From Podarcis cretensis (Eukaryota): 64,000 nucleotides of DNA. The notes beneath the pieces were generated by a model. That model made no database searches. It was not told where the DNA came from and worked only from the letters and a program-made list of their open reading frames with translations. Below, in pieces: positions 1 through 12,750 of this stretch (positions within the stretch are counted from its first letter, which is position 1; the number at the start of each line of letters is the position of its first letter). The translations under genes and the position numbers were made by a program. Location of the stretch: contig OX638153.1 of the NCBI GenBank assembly GCA_951804945.1, positions 20,708,001 to 20,772,000 on the forward strand, in the 5' to 3' direction.

Positions 1-3000
1 CAAGGGCACAACTTAAACGAAAGCCTTCAAGGTTAATGGTGTGAGTGGCTTTCTTAAGTTCAGTGGAATTTACTCTCAGTATGTATGCACAGGACTGCAG
101 CCTATGTCAACGTTGAAGTAAGTCTCATGAAAGAATATAGAAATGCCGCCTAGAGCATTTGGGCCCTACTGGCATAGTGTATCCAGAAAACATTAGAGGG
201 CATAACCTGGGGAAGGCAGGGATGTTTCTCTGTGGTGTGGCTAGACTGGGGCCTCCAAGGAAGGCAGCTAAGCAGGACTGGGAATGTAGAGAAAGTTCCT
301 TCATGCTGTTCTCATTGTTGATTGGGATATGAAGCCAACACAGCACAGGAAGCCTGTGGGCTTTGTGGGTTATGTCACCTGCCAAACAGCAAACCAATGG
401 GCAAAATTAGCAGCCATTGTTTGCAATAATTTTTATCTTTGTAATTTGGTGGGTGTGATTTTTTTTTTTTTTGCTATATAATGTGATGGAAAGAAATAGA
501 GAGAGCTCTGTTTTCTAGAAGTTAGGTGTGAGCAGAGGATGGTGAGCAACAGTGTTTTGTAGATAGTGGGAAGTCTTCCTACATTGTAGAGACAGCATTG
601 ATTAGAAGAGGGAATGTTTCTCAGAAAGCATCAAATAGATAGCTGGAAAGCTGATTTCAAGACAGAGGTGCTGGCCTTCTACTTAACATGCTAGTTTTAT
701 TTATGGAGATAAGGTTTTTGAAAGCAGGAACATACAATCATGTGAGCTGCTACCCACATTTCTGAAGTTCTGAACTGTGGCATGGTAGGTTCTGAAATTC
801 GGAGGTATAACCTCCGTAAGGACTAGGACTATGCCTCAGCTCAATCATTAACTCAGCACCCATATTGGCCTGTAACAGTAAACCAAGAAGCTTGGCTTAA
901 AAAACTGCATGGTGCATGAACTCCTCACTTTGCTTCTCTTTTGGTGCAGGCAGGTAAAGCAGGAAGAGGATAGCTTAGCATTACATCTGAGCCTGGGGTT
1001 GTGGTTTGATTTGCCCTAATAAGCCAGGATGCATAAGCCAACAAGAATGGTTTTAGACCAGCAAGCAGTTCTGGCTTGGTTTACAAAGCCATTTTTCTTG
1101 GATTATGATTACATGTAAGCACAGCCACTCAGTGGCCTTTTATGTGAGCCGCTATATTTGTTCTTCAGCCTGACCCTCCAACTGCTGATCTGTATTGCTA
1201 GTTGGTTGTTTTATTTATGAATGAAATAAAGTGAAGTATTTTGGGCACCCCACCCCAATACATTGTTATTCAAGGTTATTTTTATTATTAATTAAATTTA
1301 TATACCACCTTTCATCCGAGGATCACTGTAGTAGTATAAATGAAAAATATTGTGTCCACCCTCAGAGTTGCTGAGTTCACTTTGGGTTGTTTTTTCTTTT
1401 CTTTTTTAAGGAGACTGCGGGAAGCCATTTGTGCAAAATGCGAACGCATGTAAATTCATCGCTCCATGCTGCAGTCACATTGGCTCAAATCCTTGTCACT
1501 CCATCATGGTTCCTGGAAGCAAGGCTGTCTCTTCCGGTTATGTGCACTGCACCTCCCACCAGTATAGCTTTATTCTGGATTCAATAATGCTTCTGTGACC
1601 TACGGGGAGCTTCCATTTCCTTCTGGTGTGCTCCCTCAACCAACCAGCTATCCATTCTCTCTGAGCAGATGAGGTATGCTCTACGTTGGGAAAGTCAATG
1701 TGCCCATCTCTGTGTAGAGCAGAGGTTTTGACCAGATGATGACCTGCAGGCTTTTTAGTACTTTGATTATGACCTATGTTTGACTAGGACTATGATTCAG
1801 CGGTGACCTCACTGCTCAATATAGATCATTTATATTTTATGCTTCCAAAGTTTAATGTTTTTGCTACTTAGGTAAGCACTGCAGGATGGACCAATATTTT
1901 CTATTAATGGAAATGATGCTTGTTGTTGCTTTTTAAAATAAAATTGAAGGAAGCTGAAACAGGCTTGATTGATTAGGGCTATTTATGAAAGGTATGGCAG
2001 GGGAGACTTTGCCGCAGGTTAGCTACTTTGCATGGGGTTGTGGATGTGAAGGTAGGCAAATAAAGGTACATTTTCAATATTACTTGGATGGGGAAATGCA
2101 GCAGAAATTGAAATTGCTGGGGAACAAGCCTGAGATCTTCTGAATGCAAAGCAGGCACTCTACCAGTGAGCTACAACCTTTCCCAAACTTCTGTGGTAAA
2201 CAACAACTAGCCTCTCGGGATGGAGTTGTGGTTCAGGATGAGTTTTCAGTCCTATGTAGAGCCAGAAGAGAACTTGGTGGATCAATGCAGAGCCTAGCAC
2301 AGTCTGTGGATTTAGGCCGGCGATCCAGAAATGGAGTCAGTAACAAACTTCATTATTTGTTAGGGCAGCTTTGAGGTTTATTGGCTTTTCAGACTGCTTA
2401 AGCTCGGTTTAACTGGTCAGACAAATACATCATGGGCACCTGTATAGTCCCCTACCATGCCTCAGTTGCTCAAGCAATGCAGACATTACTACATGATGAA
2501 ATTGGCTGAGAATTGACCAACCATGGTAGCCTTTGGATCTGATTAAATGGCACATAAACATGGTAGACTGAAGGCATAGAGGATGATATTAGCAGATACA
2601 TGGCTGTGATCATTGCAGAAAATGTCTGCACTGCATTCAGATAGTCTGTGATTAGATTTTCTGTTATTCTCCATTTGGTTTTTTAATGTGTCGTGAATGA
2701 AGTCCTCATTTTCTACTGATTTTGTGGTGGGTGGGTGTTTAAGTTGTTTATTTAAAGCATTTTCACCCTGCTCTTTTCCCAAAGAGCTTGCAAAAATCTG
2801 TAAAGAGACAGTTCTTGCCTTCAGACTTGCAATGTGAAACACACAACATTCATGGGTGGGAAGGAGGAAAGTAGTGCTAAAGTAATCAAAAGGCTCATAA
2901 ACCCTGATCAATCAATAGGTTCACTAGGTGCTCCTTGAATAAGCGAGTCACTCTAGTCTTTAGATATTTCAAGGAGGGCAAAGTTGCCATGGGCTTGGTT

Positions 3001-3782
3001 GATGAAAACAGCGTAACAGAGAATTGGGGTTGGGGGCAGACTATATGTTGCATACAAAGGAAGCCACAATGGCTGTTCTAAAGAAAACAAAAAATCAGCT
3101 TTATGAGTGGGTGATTTTGATCAGAAATCTACCCCATTTGCTTTCCCCCAGGTGGGATTCCAAACATGTGCTCACATGAGGAATTACAGAAGCAGCAAAC
3201 TGCCTACAGCCATAAAGACACCTAGCACAACCTCCTTCATTTATTCCAAGCAGAGAGAAGACTTGGCCAACACAGCAAGTGAAGGAATCACTCTACAACA
3301 CAGGAGCGATGGCAAAATGAAAGTGAAACCAAAAAGGAAACATTCCAAGGCATACACAGAGAAGGGAGTGATCACAACCCACAGTGTAACAAGGCACAGC
3401 AAATGCTCCATTTGTTTTTAAGCAATCAATAACTCCTGGTAGCTTGGTTTTATTGGAAGAAGAGATAGCTGCTTGGTTATGAGAAAAGACTATTCTACAT
3501 TTTGTAATCACTGACTCAGGCACAGCAGCATCACCTGATATTGCTCATCTGGCACATGGTGTGCAATTCCAATGCAGCACTCGAGAATGGTTTCCAAGAT
3601 AGCTCTGAAAATTGGATAGACTTGTGGTCCAAAAGCAAGAGGAGCTGCTGACAAATAGTGACAGTAAAGTTACTGATGTCATCATTAGGTTTGTTTTGCA
3701 TCAGCAGTCAGGCCAGCCAGAGAAGTATTTTCCAAACTTGTGATAGTCAAAACATACTTCCTCACCACAAGGCAAGTATACT

Positions 3783-3821
3783 TTCTTCTTCTTCTTCTTC
3801 TTCTTCTTCTTCTTCTTCTTC
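3783..3821. repeat. (TTC)13 microsatellite
   Basis: Direct reading. Confidence 0.95.
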
Positions 3822-5480
3822 CCCTTCATCAGTAGATTTCAGGGTGGTGCACAGCATAAAAATACAGTGTGAAAGAGTAAGAATTCCCCACGCTTTGCAA
3901 GTTTTGTATGAATCATTGTGCTTCTCATGACACCAGATTGGAAGGAGACAAGTAGACTCCCTTAAGGGAAAGAGCAGTTATGGCATATCTGAGGGTGGGG
4001 AATTATGGAATTGAACATGATGCAGACATATGGCTCAATTACCCACCTTCCAGGTTCTTGGAGTGGGGTAAGGGACCTCAGAGCATTAAATCCTGCAGAG
4101 ATGCAGCTTTCAAGCTACTCTGGACCTAATAGTTCCTTATATTTATTTCTCATGACAGAGACTTTGTGAATTCCTGGACTGGATACTCGCAGATATGAAC
4201 ATATTCTTACTGGTGTGTGCATTCATTTAGGGCTCCATAATACTGAGTGGTTTTAGTAGCTGCGCTTAGGGTTTCTCGGGAACATAAACATAACATTTGC
4301 AGAGTTTTTAAGTAATGCTTCCTGGGCAAGCAATGTATTATGTTATCTGAAACTTCCAGAAGCTGAAAAGCATTCCTATGGATTGATCTTCACCCAAGCG
4401 AGTAGAGCCATTTCCCTTGCTACCAGCAGCTAAGCTGGGTTTGCTGCTGCATATGCACTCATCTCTGATGAGTGTGCCTGTATGATGTAGGTGTTTTCGA
4501 ACACTGATTTTTAAATTTTTATTCTCAAGGCTTGTGAAAATCCCCAGTACAGTTGAGAGTAAGCTCTGTCGACTCCTTGCAACATATTCCAAAAAAAGGG
4601 ACAGGTCCCAGTGTGGAAAGTTCATCCAACTTTTCTCCCCCAAAGAAGAAATTGTACACAGAGGGAACTACAGAGATGGTGTTGGCATTATGCAACAGAA
4701 GTGGCTGAGGCACTCAAGTGCTTCCATTCCGCAATGCATGCAACGTTTGCTGGGGCTTTTAGCTGAGTATTGATGGCTTGCTGGGAAAGCTAATAGGTTG
4801 AGCAAAGTCCCCCCCCTCATTTGTGGTTCAAAAGTGGTGTTACACTAATAAGCAGCAGCTGCAGGCATACATTCTAGGCTACTTTGGGCATCTGCCAGGT
4901 AGCTTGCCTACCCTTAAGCATCCTCTCACCATCAGACAAAAATATCTGTTTCCCCAGCAATTAATTATTCAGCATGTTTAATGTATCCAGGGCGGGGCAA
5001 GTTACTATTCTGAAATCGGTACCTTCGTATTAAGCTGTAGTTACAGAGTACAGGCTGCTGTTGCTTTATCGCCTCTCTTCCCCGCCCCCCCTGCCCTGCT
5101 CCAGATCTTTTAGTAACTCCTTTCTGCATGTTTGTTTGGATGTCCTCCCTGTTCAACCCCATCCCTACTTTTTGCCTCGATTTTGCAGGCCCAGTCTTCC
5201 GCACCCAGCTCTGGGCTTGCCCCAACCCCTCCGGCCATTTTTCAAGAGCCAAGCCTTCCACTCTGCTTCTGCTATCTTGCAACCAAGCCCGGGGAAGGGA
5301 GCAGATGACGGCGTCCCCGGCCGCTGCGCCTGGAAGCTGTAGGGATGCCGCCCCATCTCCAAACTGCTGGGTGCTTTCGTTTTTAAAACGTTGCGCAAAT
5401 TATGCAAGGACCAGTTGCGTTTCCAAATGCTGGTCTTTTGCATTAGGCGCCCTCGCCCAAACTTCCTACACCTGGAGTTT

Positions 5481-5498
5481 GCAGCAGCAGCAGCAGCA
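5481..5498. repeat. short (GCA/CAG)6 repeat in the CpG island
   Basis: gcagcagcagcagcagca. Confidence 0.85.
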
Positions 5499-6613
5499 CC
5501 TGTAGCAAAGCGGTCCTGAACTTCACCTTGACTCTGCCCTCCTTTCTTGAGATTTGATCCCTCCCCCGTTTTTCTTTTTCGGCCCCCTTTCGGTGGGTCC
5601 CTTCCTGCCTCTGCAGCCAGGCGCCCTGCCCCCTGATCAGTTTCACACTCCTCCTCCCCCCCCCCCCGCTGCTGCAATTTGTTCATTAACTTGGGGGGGG
5701 GGGGGAGAAAGAGAGCGGCTTGTCCATTTGCTGCCTGGACGGAGCCATCCGCGCAGCAGCTCCACCGCGAGGAGGGGGAACAGCCCTGCTCGCTCGCTCT
5801 GTGCCTGCCTGCCAGCAGCCTCATTAGGCGCACGGCAGCTCCGCCGCAAGGACCCAGGCAAGTTCCCAGCTGGCTCAGACCACCCCAGGCGGCAGCCAGC
5901 AGCACCACCGCCCCTCGCTCAGCACAAAAGCCGAGCTGCTCTTAGATCTTGCGGAGCAGAGCGACTGAACTCCTTCCATTCCCGGCTGGAGGGAGGCGTC
6001 GGAGCGGCATCCTTTCCCCCTTCGCCTGGGAGGGGGCGCTGCAAAGTGCACTTGGAGAAGATCAATGCAGCCGTGCAGTTTCTGAGCGCGCCAGCCGCCT
6101 TGCAAGCAAACGGAGCAGATCTTAATTTCCACTTTTCCCCCCATCACGTTCTGAACCCGCTCCAATCTCTCTCCCCCCCCCTCACCCTCTTCCAGATTCA
6201 ATGAAGAAGCACCCCGTAGACTCCGATGGGCGGCTAAAGACCAACGGGAGTTGAGCCAGCGCTGCCTAGGCAGGTGGGCTGAATCCGCCTCGTCCCTAAG
6301 CGCTTCTGGGTCTCTACCTCTCTTTCGATTTCTGGGGAGAGTAGAGACCTGGGAGGCGCCCCAAGCGCGGCTCTTCGCGACCCAGGCCGGCAGGAGCAGC
6401 CGGAATCCCCCTTTCCAGTCGAGCCCTTGGTTTTGTTGGCGTTTGGCAGCCGCAAGGGATCTGGAGACCCTTCGGAGGATGGGGCGACCTGACTGAGGAG
6501 CGGACTGTTGCATCCCCACCCAAGACCCAGGCGCCTGCTTTCTCGCGCACGTTTGAACTCCAGAGAGCCTTGCCAAGACTTCTTCCTTGCCGTCGAAGAA
6601 GTTAGGAGAGGCG

Positions 6614-6683
6614 ATGGGATTATTGCGAGGGGAAAAGATGCCTTTAGCCCGTTGGGCGTTAAGTGTCGTCGTCCTATGCGAGG
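6614..6683 (+). CDS. RET: RET coding exon 1 (signal peptide MGLLRGEKMPLARWALSVVVLCE-)
   Basis: Strong Kozak gcgATGG at 6614 and a hydrophobic stretch. Canonical donor G|GTAAGT at 6684. Length 70 nt (phase 1) joins exon 2 as G|TT=Val, giving ...LCEVAFG/LYF, as at the human RET exon1/2 junction (73 nt, K-V-A-L-G/L-Y-F). Confidence 0.88.
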
Positions 6684-6884
6684 GTAAGTAGATCCGATGG
6701 GGAAACCCTCTTGGCACTGGTTTAGGGCACGATTCAGCCAAAGTTAACGCATTACAGTAATTGAATATACTCTCAGTGAGATGCGTTTCCTTGTAAACGT
6801 GCAGCTGGCTCCTCGTCCCGTGGATTTCTGTGCAGAGCGTTGAGCACCTGTTCGGCTTTACTCTGCAGAGATCCGTGGGGGGTG

Positions 6885-7150
6885 TTGCAGCCCCGTTTTA
6901 CGCATGTTTACTCGTGTCTCAGGAAGCCAATCTAAGAAGCTCACTTGCTCGGGAGTAAGCCCCATTGAACTAAGTGCTGCTTCCGAAGAAACATAGGATT
7001 GAGTTGTGTGTCCCAGGGAGTTCAGTGGGGCTTACTCCTGACTGAGTAGGCATAGGACTGGAGACTTCGTGTGTGTTTATTTGGAAATAAGGTTCTCTGT
7101 ATTGGGGAAGGGGGCTTATGTCTTAGGAAATGTGTTTCGGATTGCAGTCT
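6885..7150. mobile_element. cluster of degenerate ~90-bp palindromic squamate MITE-like repeats (other copies near 1-103, 8615-8680, 31495-31590, 63625-63718)
   Basis: Recurrent motif gtaagccccattgaa/ttcagtggggcttact...cataggattgcag seen at several places in the window. Confidence 0.55.
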
Positions 7151-10100
7151 TAAAATGCTTAACTTTTACTCGGATCACCCTTCCTGGTGATGACAGACTG
7201 TGCTCGGAAACGACCCCACCCCTTAATATGCCTGTGATGTTTAGCTCTTGATTTACGTACTCTTTTATTTCTTTTTCTTTTTACAGTCTCATCATTCTTG
7301 TGTATAAACCCTGATTTCAAACAAATCAAGATGCAAAAATGGGGAATGACTTTTTAAAAGTTTGTGAAAGATCTTTTTAAAAAAATCTTTCTCTCTCCCC
7401 GCCATCATCAAATTAAATTGGCTTCAGGTTGATAAATGGAAGAGCCTACAAGATGAAAAGTTATTGGCTCGCCACACAGATGATGCTTCCCGCAGCTGTT
7501 TAGTTTCTAAGGCAAACAGAAAAAGCCATTATCTTCCTCCCTTCCATCTGGCCGTGTTTGCCAAAGCGTTTCTGATGTTTACGTGAATAAATCAAAGTTT
7601 GTGTGTTGTAAAGAAACTTGTTCGCACTCTCCCGGGGTGAGGGTCCCCTTTAAATCATTCAAAATAACAAAAGCCAAAACAAAGGAATACCTTTTTTCAG
7701 GTAAATATCAGTGGCTGATCTAGAGGAGGATCGTTTGCTGAATGCTGGGTTGTGATTAACAATTTTAAACCAGTTCACAGTGGTTTTAAATAGCCATCAG
7801 TTAAAAACAGTGGAAAAAGGAGGTTTTGGTTTGAGTCTTGGAAGCACTGATTGACTTACACAAGCCTTTTCTTCTTCGGCCTTACACATTTCTTAAGAAT
7901 ACCTGGGGCCCCTTACCCTATTTCAGATCTTCCTTAAGTCCATCATTCAATCTAAACTTCTGTGCCTCTTCAGTTGGTGTTTGTAGCTTGAAACCATAAC
8001 ATCAAGGTCAAAATCAATAGACTGCAAACATTTTAAAGCCCCTTTTTCTCTTTATACTCAAAAGTGTACTGAATGTTTTCAGAAATGTGTTTAATAGAGA
8101 TTTTTGCTTAGGCTATGCCTCTTTGTATTATTGTCTAAATAATGCCAGCGGCGGCAAAATAGACAGGCCCATAGGAGCTTACAATCTAAATATTGATGGT
8201 ATGGGTGGAAATGGAAGGAGGGGAGAGGGAAGGACAGTATATTATCATTCTCCCAAAATCCTTTCCCCCCCCCCAGCAGTACAGTGTTGTATTTTTTGAA
8301 TACACATGTTCATGTTTTGGAAACTGATGTTTCACTGTAAAATGCAGCATCATATTTATCACAAATTAATTTGGAAGCTGCTTTTAGGTCTCCTACTTTA
8401 AACTGAATATGGTTTAGTGCAAATGCTAATCCAGAAACTGAATATGTTTCTCCCTTTAACATTAATTTGCCGTCGCCTTTACTTCTTTAATGTTTGTAAC
8501 CTTTATGCTTTATGTTCTTAACATCTGCATACTGGACGAGGAATAAACACATTTTCAAAAATAGCCCATCTGCTTTAAATATCAAAGCTTCTTAGATGAC
8601 AATACTGTGGAATTGACCTGAGATTAAGTCCCATTGAATTCAATGGAACTTGCTTCTTGGCAAATGTGCGCAGAATTGGGTTATTGGCTGCAGAATTGGG
8701 TTATTGGTTTAACAAATGGAAAACCACTAGAAGGGTTGTTTCAGAAGTGATGCTATGAATGCTTGTGAGTCTGGATTGTGCCACTTGTGAATTGGGGTGT
8801 GTGTGTATATGTCAGAACTTTTTTCTCATTCAGAGCTTGTGTGTATGAGAAGCAGAAATTTAGCAGCTATAGATGTGCCCATTGCTGTATTTGTGTGCTG
8901 GGTAATGCTGCCCCCATGTAACTTAACACCTGTCTAGCAGCATGTGCCATGCTGAATGAAGATCTAGATAGAAAGGAAAAGAACGCAGATTTTCCCGTGT
9001 GGGGGCTGGAATTGCAGGTGTAGGAGATCTGGCGAAAAATACCAATGGTCAATGGCGAAAACTGCAATAAGAGAACAATGCAAGGGAAAGTTCTCCTGCT
9101 TAACCAGTATCTAAATGTGCAGGAGCTTGCAGCTCCCGTTCATTTCAGTAGCTTAATTAACTACAAACCCCAACATATGGGAGGCGGCATTGCATAGGAG
9201 AACTCCCCACTACACTGGTTTGTATAGGACCAGAGGTTGTTCTAGAGAACTGCAAGATGCAGCACATTTATATTTGAATGCTTGCCAGTTCTGAACTTCT
9301 TTTTAGTGAGCATTTGCAAATGCTGCTCAGTTTCCTCCTTCCTTATTCACCGAAGCTGATTGATCCTTAAATACCAAATACAGGTTGTGGGTCCAATAGG
9401 AGGCATAGCTGAGTCTTTATCTAACCGTCTTTTCTCCTCCTTATCTTAGTTGAGCTTCATGTGAACTGAAGTCTGCTAATCATTTTATTTATCTCATTGA
9501 CTAAATATTTATTCTATTCAAAAGCATCATGAATGAGTGTTAAGAGTCAATGTCAGGAGATAACATTCTAAAGTGGGGCTGAAGTCCAATTCCTGCTCTT
9601 GTCTCACATGCGAGACTCTTGCCTCCTTCCTCATGAGGCTTGAAAACAAACTTGCCACTGGAAGTGCCCCCTTCCTCAGCAAAGTAACAAAGTTAGCTTC
9701 CTTGGGTGCACATTTTCCGCTTGTGGACCTCAGTAGATGACTAATGCCATTTTAAATTTTTGAGCCAACATAGCTGCAGATGCTTATTAGGACAATGTTA
9801 ATTAGGAATGCAGGGTGTCTAGCACAAAAGGTGCCTATTGTGTGGGAGAAATGAGGTGTGACGCCAGCTCCTATTTATGTTACTGAAATATCCACATAGG
9901 TAACAGGAAAGTACTGTAGACTTCTGGATTAATTTTGAAAGCTCCCAGATTTATTGATCTTTGACCAATTAGGCAGGGCCATTTCCCCTTCTACCCAGTA
10001 GCCAAGCTGCATTTGCCTCTGTGCATGCCCCCAATCCCTGTCTCTGAGTGTGCCTGGGTGATGTTGGTGTTTTCAAAACACCGACTTGTCATATTTGGGT

Positions 10101-10171
10101 GAACTTAGATGTACCTCTAAAAAGTAAAAAGTGCTTCCGTCTTAGAACATTACATGTGTACTGTACTTTAG

Positions 10172-10567
10172 GGAGGTGATTCCCAAACTCTCCCCCCCCC
10201 CCCATGGACCACTTGAGAATTGCTGAGGGTCTTGATATACCCCTTAATGGTGGTTGGTTTGTATTTTGCCTTCTGTAGCAATTGTGATGTAATGTGCTGT
10301 GCTAGGGTGTGTTTTTTTGTTTCTTTTATTTATTATATTGTATTTTATTGTGTTACAGTTTGGATTCAGCAAATAATAAAATACACGAATGAAAACTAAT
10401 AGAAGCAGTAAAAATACAATTAAAATCAATGTGAATATTTAATGCACTGCGCCAACTGTTCCCAGCCACTGCTCCTGCTGTTCTTCACAGGCAGACAACA
10501 ATGGACCACCTGAATGAAGCATGCAGATCACTGGTGGACCGCAAACCACAATTTGGAAACGCCTGCT
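10172..10567. mobile_element. degenerate hAT-like non-autonomous DNA transposon
   Basis: Ends ggtgattcccaaact...aatttggaaacgcctg resemble hAT-Charlie type terminal inverted repeats. Confidence 0.45.
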
Positions 10568-11918
10568 TTATGGAGCATTTCCCCCATATATACCTCTCCA
10601 ATCAGTTGCTGAGAGAGCCAGCCCTCCTGTTACATAGAGTGAGGTGGCTGCCTTTAGACAGCTGATTTTGGGAATTGCAAACGGGCAACAAATGTATTGT
10701 ATTTTTTAATCCCAGGGAGAGCTGCTTGTAATGCTTTGTGTCTTGGGTGCTAAAATAACCAGGCCGGCCTTGATACTTAATGCACCCCGATTTGATGGTG
10801 CACGAGGCAGGGGGTTTCATTTGCTGTTCTGCCTCAGACACCAGCATGTCTTGGGCTGGCCACCCCCCCCCTTCACATACTCTCTTCGACTGACGTTGGA
10901 ACAATGAGGGCACAGGGCAATGGTTTCAGAGTTTGGGATGCCCTCCTTATGGAACTCATAAGTACAACAGATTTTTTGTGTGTGCCCTTTTTGTTGGGAA
11001 GTTAAAGCATTTTTTATTTGAGAAGTACTTCAGAGATGACGGATTCTAAATGGGAATTTTGCTGCTGCAGGCTCTGGGCCACACAGGTTTTAAAACGTTT
11101 CGCTTTGATGGATGTTTTCATCATATGCAGAGAAGCATGTAACAAAGAGCAGTTCTGTTGTGTGTGGCTGAGCAGCCAACACACCCAAAGTCCTGCTGAC
11201 TAGCCGTGCCCTGAGCAGGAGGTGGTGGTGCGGCTGCTGTTCCCATTTCTGTTTCTTTCACAAAGGGCGATAAGTAGGCCAGTCCCAGGGCTGGCATAGC
11301 TTTGATGCCCATTTGGGAGCATGTGGTGGCAGCTTAGAATCCTTGGCATTATTCATGGAACTTGCCCTGACACCCACAAGGAATGTCCTGTTTTGGCCCA
11401 CACTGTTGGCAGAGGACATAGGTGGTACCCTGACAGTGGGCATTCCTCTCCACCAGTGGCAATGGCGCTTATGCCACTTGGTGACTAAGCCAGCCAAATG
11501 TCAACTGCAGGATTCCACACGCCATGCTTTATAAATAAAATTAATAGTTGACGTGGAAAAATGATGGGGAACATGTATGCCTGATCTTTTTATGTTGGGG
11601 ATGTTTTTATTTATTTAATTTATGAACCATCGGGTATTAGACATGAGCTCATTATTATTTTTATAGAACAATGAAATCTTAGGCTGCTACCAGTAAGACA
11701 AAAGGCCTTTATCTCTAATCCATACTGAAGGTTAGAGAAAAGAAATATGGCTTGTGCTCGGATTGTAATGCATCTTTGGTTTATTCAAAGTGGCTAGCAT
11801 TTCAGGACAGCTTTTCACTGGCTTGGACTGCACCACTATAGACTGCTCTCTGGGCTCCCGTGATTCACTGTTGCTCCTTCCAGAGATTCCTGCCCAGAGA
11901 AGGCAAGCTGTAGTGATA

Positions 11919-12133
11919 CAGCAGTACCTTGGGTTACAGACGCTTCAGGTTACAGACGCTTCAGGTTACAGACTCCGCTAACCCAGAAATAGTACCTCGG
12001 GTTAAGAACTTTGCTTCAGGATGAGAGGCAGCGGGAGGCCCCATTAACTAAAGTGGTACCTCAGGTTAAGAACAGTTTCAAGTTAAGAACGGACCTCCAG
12101 AACGAATTAAGTTCTGAACCCCAGGTACCACTG
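11919..12133 (+). mobile_element. Tc1/mariner-pogo (Tigger-like) MITE, family A copy 1
   Basis: TA target duplication on both sides, TIR cag..gtacct.gggtt / aacc.caggtaccactg; homologous to copies at 16714, 30870, 33307, 45919. Confidence 0.85.
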
Positions 12134-12378
12134 TACTGCTTGCTTGCCTTAACAGAATGGAGGGGTGTGTGTTGATACTTCTGACTTTTGTGTTGCCTGA
12201 ATGTAGCCTATTTTGCAATGGCGGGAGTCACACTTGCTGTCTACTTTTGCCCTTGGCCCTACCTATCTCTGGGATGTGGCCTCTGCACCAGGAAGGTTCC
12301 CCATGAGGTTCCCCACCGCTATAGAATAATTACTATAGGCAGATATTGTTCTACTGGGAATAAGGCTTTTCACCTGCA

Positions 12379-12750
12379 GAGGTGGGGAATCTTTTTCAGC
12401 CTGAGGGCCCCAGTTACCTTATGGGCAACCTTATGGGGAGCCAGATCCTATTGGTGGGCAGGACCAGAGGTGAAAAAAATGAGGTGTGGGGACACAAATA
12501 TGACACTTACATTTGTATTTTGTACATTCCAGCACCACAAAAACTAGAGGTTCCTACACACATCATCATCCTCCATTCAGACAACCAGGCACAGTTCAAG
12601 GCATTTGAGGAGGGTGTCGAATAGTACCGGGAAGGGCTGTGGCCTCAGAAGGAGGCATGGCCTGGAAAGAGTCCCAAGGGCCACATAGGGAGTTAATGAG
12701 GGCCACATTGGGCCAAATTTAGCCCTAGGCTGGGGGTTCCCCACCCCTAA
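12379..12750. mobile_element. degenerate hAT-like MITE (related partial copies ~45675-45900 and ~47715-48010)
   Basis: Ends ggtggggaatct...ggttccccacccct are inverted; internal motifs (gggtggg..ccagag.caaaa; agttcaagg.cacatt) recur in the other copies. Confidence 0.5.

Larger units (their letters stand above)
5150..6900. promoter_or_regulatory. RET: CpG island / RET promoter and 5' leader region
   Basis: Abrupt rise in GC and CpG density (many CG, GCGC, CCGC) relative to the CpG-depleted flanks; it encloses the first coding exon. The TSS cannot be determined from sequence and the boundaries are approximate. Confidence 0.85.

Noticed and set aside
3107-4773. Upstream ORFs preceded by acceptor-like sequences (3107-3421, 3658-3930, 4338-4643, 4534-4773)
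   Set aside because: No recognisable protein family and no coherent exon chain; the poly-Ser in 3658-3930 is just the (TTC)13 microsatellite.
5061-6741. Long overlapping ORFs (216, 247 and 288 aa) on both strands
   Set aside because: They lie in the GC-rich CpG island where stops are scarce. They are low-complexity Pro/Ala/Gly/Arg-rich and have no recognisable domain.
11919-12133. Short internal repeats (caggttacagac / aggttaagaac) resembling a CRISPR-like array
   Set aside because: They are sub-terminal repeats of a TA-flanked MITE with irregular spacing, in vertebrate DNA with no cas genes.
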